Shown in pieces: positions 53,724 through 64,000 of a DNA stretch of 64,000 nt. Positions within the stretch are counted from its first letter, which is position 1; each line of letters begins with the position of its first letter. A program made the position numbers and the translations under genes. Origin of the DNA: an uncultured Clostridia bacterium. GTDB taxonomy: Bacteria > Bacillota > Clostridia > TANB77 > CAG-508. Below the pieces are notes generated by a model that saw only the letters and a list, made by a program, of their open reading frames with translations, had not been told where the DNA came from and ran no database searches. Location of the stretch: NCBI GenBank assembly GCA_947629555.1, contig CANRED010000003.1:8564-72563 (forward strand), in the 5' to 3' direction.

Positions 53724-54158
53724 ATGGAATTAGGAAATGTAAAATCACCAGTTAAAAAGGTAAACAGAACAAGAGTTGGACGTGGTGTAGGTTCAGGACT
53801 TGGAAAAACATCTGGTAGAGGACATAAAGGACAAAAAGCAAGATCAGGTGGCGGAGTAAGACGTGGTTTTGAAGGAGGTCAAACTCCATTATATAGAAGA
53901 TTACCTAAAAGAGGATTTACTAATATTCATGCTAAAAATTATACAGAAGTAACTTTAACAATGTTAAATAAATCAGAAGCAACAGAGGTTACAGCTGAAA
54001 CATTATTAAAAGAAGGAATAATAGGAAAAATCAATGATGGTATCGTAGTATTAGGTACAGGTAGTTTAGATAAAAAATTAACTGTAAAAGCTACAAGATT
54101 TACTAAATCAGCTGCTGAAAAAATCGAAGCAGCAGGTGGAAAGGCAGAGGTGATTTAG
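53724..54158 (+). CDS. rplO: 50S ribosomal protein L15
   Basis: [20 protein letters not shown]. Confidence 0.98.
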   Translation: MELGNVKSPVKKVNRTRVGRGVGSGLGKTSGRGHKGQKARSGGGVRRGFEGGQTPLYRRLPKRGFTNIHAKNYTEVTLTMLNKSEATEVTAETLLKEGIIGKINDGIVVLGTGSLDKKLTVKATRFTKSAAEKIEAAGGKAEVI

Positions 54159-54159
54159 T

Positions 54160-55491
54160 ATGTTTAAAACAATAAAAAATGCCTTAAAAACACCTGATGT
54201 TAGAAAAAAGATATTATATACATTATTGTTAATAGTATTATTTAGATTTGGATGTTTTATAACAGTTCCAGGTATTGATGCCATAGCTCTTTCAAATTTA
54301 GTAGACTCAGCAACAGGAAATACATTAACAGGTCTAATAAACATGATTTCAGGAGGAGCGTTTGCAAACTTATCTATATTTGCAATGTCAATAACTCCAT
54401 ACATTACAGCTTCAATCGTAATACAATTACTTGCAATGGTAATTCCATCATTAGAAAGAGCTGTTAAAGAAGGCGGAGAAGAAGGCAAAGAAAAAGTAAA
54501 CAAATATACAAAAATATTAACACTAGTATTAGCTACTATAGAAGCTATTGGTATATATATATCATATAGCGTTGGAAACTCACAAATATTCATAAATCCA
54601 GGAGCTAAAACTGCTATAATAATGGTAGTTTCATTAGTTACAGGAACAGCTTTACTTATGTGGTTAGGTGAACAAATTACTAAAAAAGGTATAGGAAATG
54701 GAATATCTATGATTATATTCATAGGAATAATATCTTCTTTACCAGATGCAATAACATCTTTATATTATAGAATAATGCAAGGTGGAGTATTTAGCACAAC
54801 AGGATTATTAGTAGCTTTAGCAATAATAATAGGAGCTTTATTATTGGTTGCTGGAGTTGTGTTTGTTCAACAAGCAGAAAGAAGAGTACCTGTGCAATAT
54901 GCTAAAAAAGTAGTTGGAAGAAAAATGTACGGAGGACAAAGTACACATATTCCATTAAAATTAGCTATGGCAGGAGTTATGCCAGTTATATTTGCATCAT
55001 CATTTATGACATTCCCAGCAATGATAATACAAATATTTAAATCAAACATAGCTAACGAAACAGGATTTTTAGCAGGATTATATAAATTTTCAATAGCAAT
55101 ATCATCTTCAAATGTAGAATTGAGATACACAATAATAAGTGCAATAGTATATCTATTATTAATAATAGGTTTCACATTCTTTTACACTTATGCTACATTT
55201 AATCCATCAGAAGTTTCAAATAATATAAAGAAAAATGGTGGATTTATACCAGGTATAAGAGCTGGAAAACCAACAACAGATTACTTATCATCAATATTAT
55301 CAAAATTAACATGGTTTGGTGGATTTTTCTTAGCATTAATAGCAATAGTACCAATGTTAATGAAATTCACAGGATTAAACATAGCATTCGGAGGAACATC
55401 AATACTTATCGTAGTTGGTGTTGCATTAGAAACAGTACAACAATTAGAATCTCAATTAGTAATGAGACACTATAAAGGATTCTTAGAATAA
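54160..55491 (+). CDS. secY: Preprotein translocase SecY
   Basis: ITPYITASI, GIGNGIS, FIPGIRAG, GGTSILI. Confidence 0.98.
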   Translation: MFKTIKNALKTPDVRKKILYTLLLIVLFRFGCFITVPGIDAIALSNLVDSATGNTLTGLINMISGGAFANLSIFAMSITPYITASIVIQLLAMVIPSLERAVKEGGEEGKEKVNKYTKILTLVLATIEAIGIYISYSVGNSQIFINPGAKTAIIMVVSLVTGTALLMWLGEQITKKGIGNGISMIIFIGIISSLPDAITSLYYRIMQGGVFSTTGLLVALAIIIGALLLVAGVVFVQQAERRVPVQYAKKVVGRKMYGGQSTHIPLKLAMAGVMPVIFASSFMTFPAMIIQIFKSNIANETGFLAGLYKFSIAISSSNVELRYTIISAIVYLLLIIGFTFFYTYATFNPSEVSNNIKKNGGFIPGIRAGKPTTDYLSSILSKLTWFGGFFLALIAIVPMLMKFTGLNIAFGGTSILIVVGVALETVQQLESQLVMRHYKGFLE

Positions 55492-55545
55492 AAATGAAAC
55501 TTATGAATTGCAGAAGTATGTAATTTACATATCAATGCAATATGT

Positions 55546-55823
55546 GTAGGGAACGACGCCCTCGTCGTTCCATTTTTTAAATATTAGGAAAGTTCGTTAC
55601 AAAATTGTATGGGGGTGGACCTTGTGTCTGCCCTAATATAATTAATACTATGAATATAGTAAAAATGAATGAGTTGTATACCATAAAATCACTATGTAGG
55701 GGTCGTATGGTATGCAACCCGCATATTAGTGAATAGTTAATAGTGAATAATGAATAGTGAATAGTACAAAATTTGCTTTCGCAAATTTTGATGTAGGGAA
55801 TATGACCCATTCGAAGAAATATC
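55546..55823 (+). repeat. Repeat cluster between secY and adk
   Basis: REP-like hairpins at 55546, about 55607, 55696 and 55793, plus a TGAATAG array at 55728-55765. Confidence 0.8.
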
Positions 55824-55852
55824 ATATAAAAATAAAAAAGGAGAAATTAAGA

Positions 55853-56518
55853 ATGTATATTGTAATGCTAGGTGCACCAGGAACAGGAAAAGGGACAGTT
55901 GGAGATCTATTATCAAAAGAATTAGGAATAGTGCATATATCAAGTGGAGAAATATTTAGAAACTATATAAAAAAACATAACAAACTAGGACAAGAAATAG
56001 AAAATTATATAACAGAAGGAAAGTTAGTTCCAGATGAATTAGCAATACAATTAATAGAAAAAAGATTAAACGAACCAGATACAAAAAATGGAGCAATATT
56101 AGATGGATTTCCAAGAACAGAAAATCAAGCAGTAGTGCTAGATGGAATATTAAAAGCAAAGCAAGAAAAAATAAATATTGCAGTAGACCTAAATTTACCA
56201 GATGAAGAAATAATTGATAGAATTGTAAAAAGAAGAACATGCCCTAATACTGAATGTAGAGAAATATATAATATAGATTTTAAACCACCTAAAGTAGATG
56301 GAATATGTGACAAATGCGGAACAAAGCTAATAAAAAGAATAGACGACAATGAAAAAACTGTAAAACAAAGATTAGAAACATACCATGAAATATCAGAAGG
56401 ATTAATAAAATATTATAAAAATCAGGATATATTATATACAGTAAAATTAAATAATAAATCTGACTTAACAACAAAAGACATTGTAGAAGAAATAAAAGCA
56501 TATTTAGAAAATAAATAA
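55853..56518 (+). CDS. adk: Adenylate kinase
   Basis: GAPGTGKGT, LDGFPR, Cys-containing lid; start after AAGGAG. Confidence 0.96.
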   Translation: MYIVMLGAPGTGKGTVGDLLSKELGIVHISSGEIFRNYIKKHNKLGQEIENYITEGKLVPDELAIQLIEKRLNEPDTKNGAILDGFPRTENQAVVLDGILKAKQEKINIAVDLNLPDEEIIDRIVKRRTCPNTECREIYNIDFKPPKVDGICDKCGTKLIKRIDDNEKTVKQRLETYHEISEGLIKYYKNQDILYTVKLNNKSDLTTKDIVEEIKAYLENK

Positions 56519-56604
56519 AAATGAATATATGTAGGAAACGACGTCTAGTCTTTCTGTTGGAGGCGTCGCAAAGTGATGGAGGATTCTAGAAAGGAGAAAA
56601 ATAA

Positions 56605-57372
56605 ATGGTAACAATAAAATCAAAGAGAGAAATTGAACTAATGAGAGAATCTTGTAAAATAGTAAGATTAGCACAAGAAGCGATTGAAAAAGCAATAAAA
56701 CCAGGAATTAGTACTTATGAATTAGATAAAATTGCAGAAGATGTAATATTATCTAATGGCGCAATTCCATCATGCAAAAATTATCCAAGCGGAATAAAAG
56801 GAGTACCAGCTTTTCCTTGTGCTGTATGTATTTCTGTAAACGATGAAGTAATACATGGTATTCCGTCAAAGCATACAATTATAAAAGAAGGAGATATTGT
56901 TAGTACAGATTTATGTGCATATAAAAATGGATTTCATGGAGATGCAACAAGAACGCATTTAGTAGGAAAAGTAAGCGATGAAGCAAAAAAATTACTTGAA
57001 GTAACCAGACAAAGTTTTTTTGAAGGAATAAAGTTTGCAAAAAAAGGTTATAGAATAGGTGATATATCAAATGCGATAGGAGAATATGTTAGAAAAAATG
57101 GATTCTATGTAGTAAAAGAATTTCAAGGACATGGAATTGGTAGAGATATGCACGAAGAACCAGGAATACCAAACTATGGAAAACCAGGAAAAGGAATGAG
57201 ATTAGAACCAGGCATGACTCTAGCAATAGAACCAATGGTAAATGCTGGTACAAGCGATATAGAAGTATTAGATGATGGATGGACGATTGTAACAGCAGAC
57301 GGTAGCTTAGCAGCACATTATGAAAATACAATTTTAATAACAGAAAATGAGCCAGAAGTGTTGACAATGTAA
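56605..57372 (+). CDS. map: Methionine aminopeptidase type I
   Basis: SVNDEVIHGIP, GHGIG, AIEPM, AHYENT. Confidence 0.97.
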   Translation: MVTIKSKREIELMRESCKIVRLAQEAIEKAIKPGISTYELDKIAEDVILSNGAIPSCKNYPSGIKGVPAFPCAVCISVNDEVIHGIPSKHTIIKEGDIVSTDLCAYKNGFHGDATRTHLVGKVSDEAKKLLEVTRQSFFEGIKFAKKGYRIGDISNAIGEYVRKNGFYVVKEFQGHGIGRDMHEEPGIPNYGKPGKGMRLEPGMTLAIEPMVNAGTSDIEVLDDGWTIVTADGSLAAHYENTILITENEPEVLTM

Positions 57373-57389
57373 AAAATATAATATATAAT
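57361..57389 (+). promoter_or_regulatory. Internal sigma-A promoter for the infA-alpha cluster
   Basis: TTGACA-17-TATAAT; the -35 box lies in the last codons of map. Confidence 0.75.
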
Positions 57390-57450
57390 ATTCAAGTGTA
57401 TTTTAGGAGATATACATAATTTTTTAACCTTGTTTAAGGAGGGAAAAAAC

Positions 57451-57669
57451 TTGTCAAAAGAGGATGTAATAGAAGTAGAAGGTACTGTTATAGAGGCTTT
57501 ACCAAATACTAATTTTAAAGTAGAATTAGAAAATGGTCATCAATTATTGGCACATATTTCTGGAAAACTTAGAATGAATTACATAAAAATTCTACCAGGT
57601 GATAAAGTTAGAGTAGAACTTTCTCCATATGATTTAACAAAAGGTCGTATTACATGGAGAGATAAATAG
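57451..57669 (+). CDS. infA: Translation initiation factor IF-1
   Basis: TTG start; [18 protein letters not shown]. Confidence 0.97.
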   Translation: MSKEDVIEVEGTVIEALPNTNFKVELENGHQLLAHISGKLRMNYIKILPGDKVRVELSPYDLTKGRITWRDK

Positions 57670-57748
57670 GCAGGTGTGTTTGTAGGTTAACCTACAACTT
57701 TAATATAAATATAACAATAAAATCAAAAGTTTCAAAGAGGTGAATAAA

Positions 57749-57862
57749 ATGAAAGTAAGACCATCAGTAAAACCAATGTGTGAAAAATGCAAGGTAATTA
57801 AAAGAAAAGGAAAAGTAAGAGTTATATGCGAAAACCCAAAACATAAACAAAGACAAGGGTAG
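57749..57862 (+). CDS. rpmJ: 50S ribosomal protein L36 (not in ORF track)
   Basis: [37 protein letters not shown]. Confidence 0.98.
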   Translation: MKVRPSVKPMCEKCKVIKRKGKVRVICENPKHKQRQG

Positions 57863-58034
57863 TTTTAATGTGTTAATAAGCGTAATTTCGATGCGGCTGA
57901 TAAATGTGTAAAACATTTATTTATCTGAAATTATGTTTATATATAAATAATCAATATTTTAAAATATAAATTTTATAATTATACAATCCAAGTTATAAAA
58001 TTTATATAAAACAAAGACGGAGGTGCAAAAATAT

Positions 58035-58400
58035 ATGGCTCGTATAGCAGGAGTGGATTTGCCAAGAGAAAAAAGAGTTGAAATAGGACTTACATATATT
58101 TATGGAATAGGTGTAGCAAGTTCTAACAAAATACTAAAAGAAGCAGGAGTTAATCCAGATACAAGAGTTAAAGACTTAACAGACGAAGAAGTAAATAGCA
58201 TAAGAAAGGCTATGGAACCTTATAAAGTTGAAGGCGATTTAAGAAGAGAAGTAGCTCTTAATATAAAAAGACTTACAGAAATAGGATGCTATAGAGGATT
58301 AAGACATAGAAGAGGATTACCTGTTAGAGGACAAAGAACAAAAACTAATGCTCGTACAAGAAAAGGACCAAGAAAATTAGTAAGCAAGAGCAAAAAATAA
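58035..58400 (+). CDS. rpsM: 30S ribosomal protein S13
   Basis: [21 protein letters not shown]. Confidence 0.98.
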   Translation: MARIAGVDLPREKRVEIGLTYIYGIGVASSNKILKEAGVNPDTRVKDLTDEEVNSIRKAMEPYKVEGDLRREVALNIKRLTEIGCYRGLRHRRGLPVRGQRTKTNARTRKGPRKLVSKSKK

Positions 58401-58420
58401 ATTATAAAAATTATAAAAAT

Positions 58421-58463
58421 GTAGGGGTCGGCGTCTCGACGACCCGAGCTTCGAAGAAATATC
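58421..58463 (+). repeat. GTAG REP-like palindrome with TTCGAAGAAATATC tail
   Basis: GTAG-GGGTCGGCG-tct-CGACGACCC-G. Confidence 0.75.
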
Positions 58464-58487
58464 GTAAATAGGAGGGAAAAATAAAAA

Positions 58488-58889
58488 ATGGCTACAAAAA
58501 GTGTAACAAAGAAAACTACAACAAGAAGAAGAGATAGAAAAAATATAGAAAAAGGTGTAGCACATATTCATTCTAGCTTTAATAACACAATAGTTACAGT
58601 TACAGATGTACAAGGTAATGTTTTATCTTGGGCAAGTGCTGGAGAATTAGGTTTTAAAGGATCTAGAAAAAGTACACCATTTGCTGCAGGTGAAGCTGCT
58701 GAAACAGCTGCTAAAGCTGCAATGGAACACGGATTAAAATCTGTTGAAGTATATGTTAAGGGACCAGGTTCTGGTCGTGAAGCAGCAATAAGATCATTGC
58801 AAGGTGCAGGTCTAGAGATAAGCATGATAAAAGATGTAACACCAATCCCACATAACGGATGTAGACCACCAAAAAGAAGAAGAGTATAA
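58488..58889 (+). CDS. rpsK: 30S ribosomal protein S11
   Basis: [18 protein letters not shown]. Confidence 0.98.
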   Translation: MATKSVTKKTTTRRRDRKNIEKGVAHIHSSFNNTIVTVTDVQGNVLSWASAGELGFKGSRKSTPFAAGEAAETAAKAAMEHGLKSVEVYVKGPGSGREAAIRSLQGAGLEISMIKDVTPIPHNGCRPPKRRRV

Positions 58890-58913
58890 TATTAAAAGAG
58901 GTGAATTATTAAA

Positions 58914-59540
58914 ATGTCAAGATATAAAGATGAACAATGTAGAATTTGCCGTAGAGAAGGTCAAAAATTGTTCTTAAAAGGTTCAAGATGTTATACAGAT
59001 AAATGTAGTGTAACAAGAAGAAATTATGCTCCAGGACAACATGGACAAAAGAAAACAAAACTTTCTGAATACGGAACACAATTAAGAGAAAAACAAAAAA
59101 CAAAATCTTTCTACGGAGTAGGAGAAAAACAATTTAGAAGATATTTCGAAATGGCAGAAAATAAAAAAGGAATTACAGGTGAAGAGTTATTACAAATATT
59201 AGAAAGCAGATTAGACAATGTTGTATATAGATTAGGATACGGAAGTTCAAGAGCACAAGCAAGACAACTTGTAAACCATGGACTTTTCGAAGTTAATGGA
59301 CATAAAGTTGATATACCTTCATATTTAGTAAAGGTTGGAGATGTAGTAGCTGTTAGAGAAAGTAAAAAAGATGTATCAATAATAAAACAAAATGTTGAAC
59401 AAAATGCATCAAGACCAGTTCCAGAATGGTTAGAAAAAGATAGTGAAAAATTAAGTGGAAAAGTAATTAGATTAGCATCTAGAGAAGATGTTGATATCCC
59501 AGTTGAAGAGCACTTAATAGTTGAGTTATATTCTAAATAG
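58914..59540 (+). CDS. rpsD: 30S ribosomal protein S4
   Basis: [26 protein letters not shown]. Confidence 0.98.
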   Translation: MSRYKDEQCRICRREGQKLFLKGSRCYTDKCSVTRRNYAPGQHGQKKTKLSEYGTQLREKQKTKSFYGVGEKQFRRYFEMAENKKGITGEELLQILESRLDNVVYRLGYGSSRAQARQLVNHGLFEVNGHKVDIPSYLVKVGDVVAVRESKKDVSIIKQNVEQNASRPVPEWLEKDSEKLSGKVIRLASREDVDIPVEEHLIVELYSK

Positions 59541-59570
59541 AATATAAAGTGTTAAATTTGGAGGTTAAAA

Positions 59571-60518
59571 ATGATTGAATTTGAAAAACCAAATATTGAA
59601 TGTTTAGAAGTTAATGATGTAGAAAACTATGCAAAATTTGTATGTGAACCATTAGAACGTGGATATGGAATGACAATAGGAAATTCTTTAAGAAGAATAC
59701 TATTATCATCACTTCCAGGAGCAGCAATCACAAGTGTAAGAATAGAAGGCGTTGTACATGAATTTTCTACAATACCAAATGTAGTAGAAGATGTACCAGA
59801 AATAATAGTTAATTTAAAAAGTGTTCGTTTAAGAGCACATGATAATGAAGAAAAAATAATAAAAATTGACTTTAAAGGAGAAGGAGAAGTTACTGCAGGG
59901 GATATAGTTACAGATGCTTCTGTAGAAATATTAAATCCAGATTTACATATTGCAACAGTAGCTGAAGGTGGACATTTACAAATGGAAATGACAGTAGAAA
60001 GAGGAAGAGGATACAATGTTGCTGATAAAAATAAAAAACCAAATCAAGCAATAGATGTTCTTCCAATAGATTCAATATTTACTCCTGTAAAAAAAGTAAA
60101 TTATTCTATTGAAAATACAAGAGTAGGTCAAACTGTTGACTATGATAAATTAACAATAGAAGTTTGGACAGATGGTAGCTTAAAACCATATGAAGCTTTA
60201 AGCTTAGCAGCAAAAGTAATGACAGGTCACTTAGAATTATTTATAGACTTATCAGAAACTGCAAAAAATACACAAGTTATGGTAGAAAAAGAAGAGTCTA
60301 AAAAAGGTAAAGTATTAGAAATGCCAATAGAAGACTTAGAACTATCTGTTAGATCATATAACTGTTTAAAGAGAGCAGGAATTGCAACTGTCGAAGATTT
60401 AGCAAATAAAACAGAAGCTGATATGATGAAAGTAAGAAATTTAGGAAAGAAATCTTTAGATGAAGTTATAAATAAATTACATTCATTAGGATTAGATTTT
60501 AAATACGAAGAAGAATAA
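59571..60518 (+). CDS. rpoA: RNA polymerase alpha subunit
   Basis: [30 protein letters not shown]. Confidence 0.98.
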   Translation: MIEFEKPNIECLEVNDVENYAKFVCEPLERGYGMTIGNSLRRILLSSLPGAAITSVRIEGVVHEFSTIPNVVEDVPEIIVNLKSVRLRAHDNEEKIIKIDFKGEGEVTAGDIVTDASVEILNPDLHIATVAEGGHLQMEMTVERGRGYNVADKNKKPNQAIDVLPIDSIFTPVKKVNYSIENTRVGQTVDYDKLTIEVWTDGSLKPYEALSLAAKVMTGHLELFIDLSETAKNTQVMVEKEESKKGKVLEMPIEDLELSVRSYNCLKRAGIATVEDLANKTEADMMKVRNLGKKSLDEVINKLHSLGLDFKYEEE

Positions 60519-60521
60519 ATT

Positions 60522-60566
60522 GTAGGGGTAGGTGTCCTTAGGCGACCCGTGCTTCGAAGAAATATC
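60522..60566 (+). repeat. GTAG REP-like copy with TTCGAAGAAATATC tail
   Basis: GTAGGGG...GACCCG.GCTTCGAAGAAATATC, matching the 58421 copy. Confidence 0.7.
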
Positions 60567-60594
60567 AAAAAATAAAAAGGGAAGGTGAAACAAA

Positions 60595-61119
60595 GTGGCT
60601 AGTAATAGAAAATTAGGTAGAACAACAGATCAAAGATTAGCAATATTAAGAAACCTAACTACTGACTGTATATTATATGGAAAAATAGAAACTACAGAAC
60701 AAAGAGCAAAAGAAGTTAAATCAATAGTTGATAGTTTAATTTCTTTAGCAATAAAAGAAAAAGATAATTTTGAAACTGTTGAAGTAAAAGTTGTTAAAGC
60801 AAAATTAGATTCTAAAGGAAATAAAGAAACAGAAAAAGTAACAAGCAAAAATGGAAAACAATATTTAAGAGTTGTAAAAGAAACAACAACAGAAAAAAGA
60901 CAAAAAGATATGCCATCAAGATTAAATGCTAGAAGAAAAATAATGAGAAAAATTAATAAAGTAAAAGATTCAAAAGGAAATAATATAGATATACCTGCAA
61001 AATTATTTGGAGAAATAGCAGAAAACTATAAAGATAGAGTTGGTGGTTATACATCAATAATTAAAATAGGACCAAGAAGAGGAGACGCAGCAGAAAAAGT
61101 TATTTTAAAATTAGTATAA
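60595..61119 (+). CDS. rplQ: 50S ribosomal protein L17 (long form with internal insertion)
   Basis: [28 protein letters not shown]. Confidence 0.96.
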   Translation: MASNRKLGRTTDQRLAILRNLTTDCILYGKIETTEQRAKEVKSIVDSLISLAIKEKDNFETVEVKVVKAKLDSKGNKETEKVTSKNGKQYLRVVKETTTEKRQKDMPSRLNARRKIMRKINKVKDSKGNNIDIPAKLFGEIAENYKDRVGGYTSIIKIGPRRGDAAEKVILKLV

Positions 61120-61199
61120 TTGCAAATTTGTGGGTGAGCATTGCTCACCCATTTGTTTTTGTTTATAATAATTACCTACACAAAAATATATTGCAAACT

Positions 61200-61225
61200 G
61201 TAGGGGTCGCATGGCATGCGACCCG
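61200..61225 (+). repeat. GTAG-type REP-like palindrome
   Basis: GTAG-GGGTCGCAT-ggc-ATGCGACCC-G. Confidence 0.8.
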
Positions 61226-61289
61226 TGACTGCAAAGGTAATCTATAATAATTATAGAAACGAATGTCTTTGTCTGCCCAATTTTTATTA

Positions 61290-61435
61290 TGGATTGAACA
61301 TATATATTATTTTTTGCACCTTGGTGTCGCAATTTTCATCCAATTATTAATTGGAAAATTGCTCCATTCGCCCTACGCTAACGCTTCGGTTGGTCGCTTA
61401 CGCGGTGCTTTAAAATAATATATATGTTCAATCCA
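61290..61435 (+). mobile_element. MITE-like fold-back element, copy 2
   Basis: 24-bp terminal IR TGGATTGAACATATATATTATTTT; core homologous to 31663-31804 in inverted orientation. Confidence 0.7.
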
Positions 61436-61494
61436 CTATAAATAAAGAAAAGAACATATATATATATTATAAAATAAAAGGAGAAAAAACATAA

Positions 61495-62607
61495 ATGGAA
61501 AAATATTATTTTACTTCAGAAAGCGTAACAGAAGGTCATCCAGACAAATTATGTGACTATATTTCAGATACAATTTTAGATGAATGTTTAAAACAAGATA
61601 AAAACTCAAGAGTAGCAGTAGAAACATTTGCATCAAAAAATCAAATTACAATAGCAGGGCAAATTACAACTAATGCAAAATTAGATATTGAAAAAATAGT
61701 AAGAGAGAGAATAAAAGAAATCGGTTATGATGATGAAAATGTAGATTTAGATTATAGAACTTGTAAAATAGATATAAATATAACAAAGCAAAGCAATGAT
61801 ATCGCAATGGGCGTAGATATAGGAGGCGCAGGAGACCAAGGAATAATGTTTGGATTTGCATGTGATGAAACTAAAAATTATATGCCTTTTGCAATAGATT
61901 TAGCACATAAACTTGCAGAAAAATTAACAGCAGTAAGAAAAAATAACGAAATAAATTATTTAAGACCTGACGGAAAAACACAAGTAACAGTGGAATATCA
62001 AAATGGTGTACCTAAAAGGATAGAAACAATACTTATATCTAATCAACATAAGCCAGAAATAGATTTAGATACATTAAAAAAAGACATAATAGAAAAGGTA
62101 ATAAAAAAGACAGTAGATTCAAAATATATAGATGAAAATACAAAAATATATATAAACCCAACAGGAAGATTCGTTATAGGTGGACCTTTAGGAGACACTG
62201 GTTTAACAGGAAGAAAAATAATAGTAGATACCTATGGTGGATATAGTCGCCATGGTGGTGGAGCCTTTTCTGGGAAAGATGCAACAAAAGTAGATAGATC
62301 AGCAGCATATATGTTACGTCATATTGCAAAAAATATAGTAGCAAATGGTTTGGCAAAAAAGTGTGAAATACAAATTGCCTATGCAATAGGAATGGAAGAA
62401 CCTATATCTATTTACATAGATACATTTGGGACAAGTACAGTTCCAGAGGAAAAGATTATTGAAATAGTAAAGAGTAAATTTGATTTAACACCAAAAGGAA
62501 TAATAAAATATTTAAATTTGCAAGAACCAATTTATTCAAAAACAACAAACTATGGTCATTTTGGTAAAGAATATTTACCATGGGAAAGAATAATTAAATT
62601 AGTATAA
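61495..62607 (+). CDS. metK: S-adenosylmethionine synthetase
   Basis: [31 protein letters not shown]. Confidence 0.98.
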   Translation: MEKYYFTSESVTEGHPDKLCDYISDTILDECLKQDKNSRVAVETFASKNQITIAGQITTNAKLDIEKIVRERIKEIGYDDENVDLDYRTCKIDINITKQSNDIAMGVDIGGAGDQGIMFGFACDETKNYMPFAIDLAHKLAEKLTAVRKNNEINYLRPDGKTQVTVEYQNGVPKRIETILISNQHKPEIDLDTLKKDIIEKVIKKTVDSKYIDENTKIYINPTGRFVIGGPLGDTGLTGRKIIVDTYGGYSRHGGGAFSGKDATKVDRSAAYMLRHIAKNIVANGLAKKCEIQIAYAIGMEEPISIYIDTFGTSTVPEEKIIEIVKSKFDLTPKGIIKYLNLQEPIYSKTTNYGHFGKEYLPWERIIKLV

Positions 62608-62656
62608 TATAACTAAAAATAAAATCAAACATATTATATTATCAGGAGGTATAATA

Positions 62657-63010
62657 ATGTTTGATTTTATTTTTGGTGCTTGTGTTTGGACTTTAGCATT
62701 ATATGGATTAATTGAAATAATAAAAACTATTTATTATATATGTACATATGAAAAGATTGATAAAGACGGAATGACTTTAGTAATAGCAGTTAAAAACCAG
62801 GAAAAACAAATTGAAGGCTTTTGTCGTTCAGTATTATTTAGATATTTAGCTGGAAAAAAAGATTATATAAATAATATAGTTGTAACGGATTTAAATTCAA
62901 CAGATAATACAAAAGAAATAGTGAAAAAATTAGAGCAAGATTATCAATGTATACAGTTAGAAGAATGGGAAAAATGCAAAGAAGAGATGGATTATATATA
63001 TAATAAATAG
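62657..63010 (+). CDS. Small membrane-anchored protein with partial GT2-like fold
   Basis: N-terminal TM; VIAVKNQE, DLNSTDNT. Confidence 0.65.
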   Translation: MFDFIFGACVWTLALYGLIEIIKTIYYICTYEKIDKDGMTLVIAVKNQEKQIEGFCRSVLFRYLAGKKDYINNIVVTDLNSTDNTKEIVKKLEQDYQCIQLEEWEKCKEEMDYIYNK

Positions 63011-63032
63011 AAAATATTTTTTGAAAAATATT

Positions 63033-63059
63033 GTAGGAAACGACGCCCTGGTTGTTCCA
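63033..63059 (+). repeat. Degenerate GTAG REP-like palindrome
   Basis: GTAGGAAACGACGCCCTGGTTGTTCC. Confidence 0.65.
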
Positions 63060-63161
63060 TCCTAAAAGGAATGCTTTAGAAAAAATTAAAACTAATACAA
63101 AATAAAAACAAGTTCTAAAAACCTACATATATGAGTAGTATTATGTAGGAGGTAAAATACA

Positions 63162-63548
63162 ATGGAAGGAAACAATTTAGAAATAAGCAATAATATAGGA
63201 ATAATTGCAAAAGGTGTAATAATTGCAATTATTAGTAGTATGATCTTATTATTAATCTTTTCAGCAATACTTACATACACAACAATTTCAGAAAACGTAT
63301 CGAATCCAGTAATAATTGTAATAACAGCTATAAGCATTTTACTTGCCAGTCAATTAGCAACAAGAAAAATTAAAAAAAATGGTATAGTAAATGGAGGAAT
63401 AATAGGTGGAATATATATAATTGTGTTATATATATTATCTAGTATTGTAACAGGAAACTTTTCACTTGGAATAAATGCAATAATTATGATTATTGCAAGC
63501 ATAATAGCAGGAATGTTTGGTGGTATAATTGGGGTAAATGCAAAATAA
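63162..63548 (+). CDS. Four-TM membrane protein (TIGR04086/YrzE-like)
   Basis: KKNGIVNG, GMFGGIIGVN. Confidence 0.8.
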   Translation: MEGNNLEISNNIGIIAKGVIIAIISSMILLLIFSAILTYTTISENVSNPVIIVITAISILLASQLATRKIKKNGIVNGGIIGGIYIIVLYILSSIVTGNFSLGINAIIMIIASIIAGMFGGIIGVNAK

Positions 63549-63683
63549 AAATTAACAATTATATAATTACTAAAATTTCGCATCCGAAGTATGTAATATA
63601 CAAGGATGCGATTTTCTTTTTTGCATAACTTAAAAAAAATAACACATAATAAACGTATATAATTCTGAAAGGATGAGTAATAT

Positions 63684-64000
63684 ATGGATATTATAGATAA
63701 AATTGGGAAAACTGCAACAAATACATGTAGAATAACTGTAAACAAAACAAACAAAATAGCACAAAAAACTAAATTAAGAATGCATATAAATGAATGTAAA
63801 TCACAAATAGAGGAAATATATAATGCAATAGGTAAAAAAGTTTATGAAAAACATGTACGAGAAGAAAATATAGATATAAAAAAAGAACTAAAAAAGGAAT
63901 GTGAAAAAATAGATAAATTATCACAGGAAATAGAAAATTCAATAGAACATATACTTATGCTAAAGGATATGAAAAAATGTCCAAAATGTTTTAGTGAAAT
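63684..64000 (+). CDS. Zinc-ribbon-domain protein, 3'-truncated
   Basis: GAAAGGA RBS; MDIIDKIGK...IYNAIGKKVYE...KKCPKC, open to the window end. Confidence 0.75.
   Translation, partial: MDIIDKIGKTATNTCRITVNKTNKIAQKTKLRMHINECKSQIEEIYNAIGKKVYEKHVREENIDIKKELKKECEKIDKLSQEIENSIEHILMLKDMKKCPKCFSE

Noticed and set aside
44290..57450. N-terminal extensions of rpsJ, rplB, rplR, adk and infA in the ORF track
   Set aside because: Downstream starts have proper RBSs and canonical N-termini; the adk extension runs through repeat DNA.
60760..60920. Insertion in L17 as a novelty
   Set aside because: In frame, and similar long L17 forms occur in other Clostridia.

Overview
AT-rich core-chromosome window from a spore-forming Clostridia-like Firmicute. 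It holds ftsK/spoIIIE, valS and pheST with T-box leaders, the rlmN-stp-pknB-rpe region, spoVM/sspH/ytvI, uvrA, murD, the S10-spc-alpha ribosomal cluster (no rpmD) and metK. Main observation: four conserved genes (a beta-CASP metallo-beta-lactamase, the PP2C phosphatase stp, a U32/DUF3656 protein twice, and uvrA) are broken by +1 frameshifts. All five breaks contain an in-frame CGG codon, and skipping its C gives a Gly codon (C-GGA or C-GGT) that restores the full-length protein. In four of the five, it also restores an invariant Gly motif. My manual scan found no in-frame CGG in any intact conserved gene. This suggests lineage-specific recoding in which CGG-N is read as a 4-nt Gly step; a sequencing artefact cannot be excluded without reads. 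Two orphan ORFs carry in-frame CGG and serve as test cases. Intergenic DNA carries GTAG REP-like hairpins, two families of 110-145 bp fold-back elements and heptamer arrays. Product calls come from motif recognition and synteny; no database searches were run.
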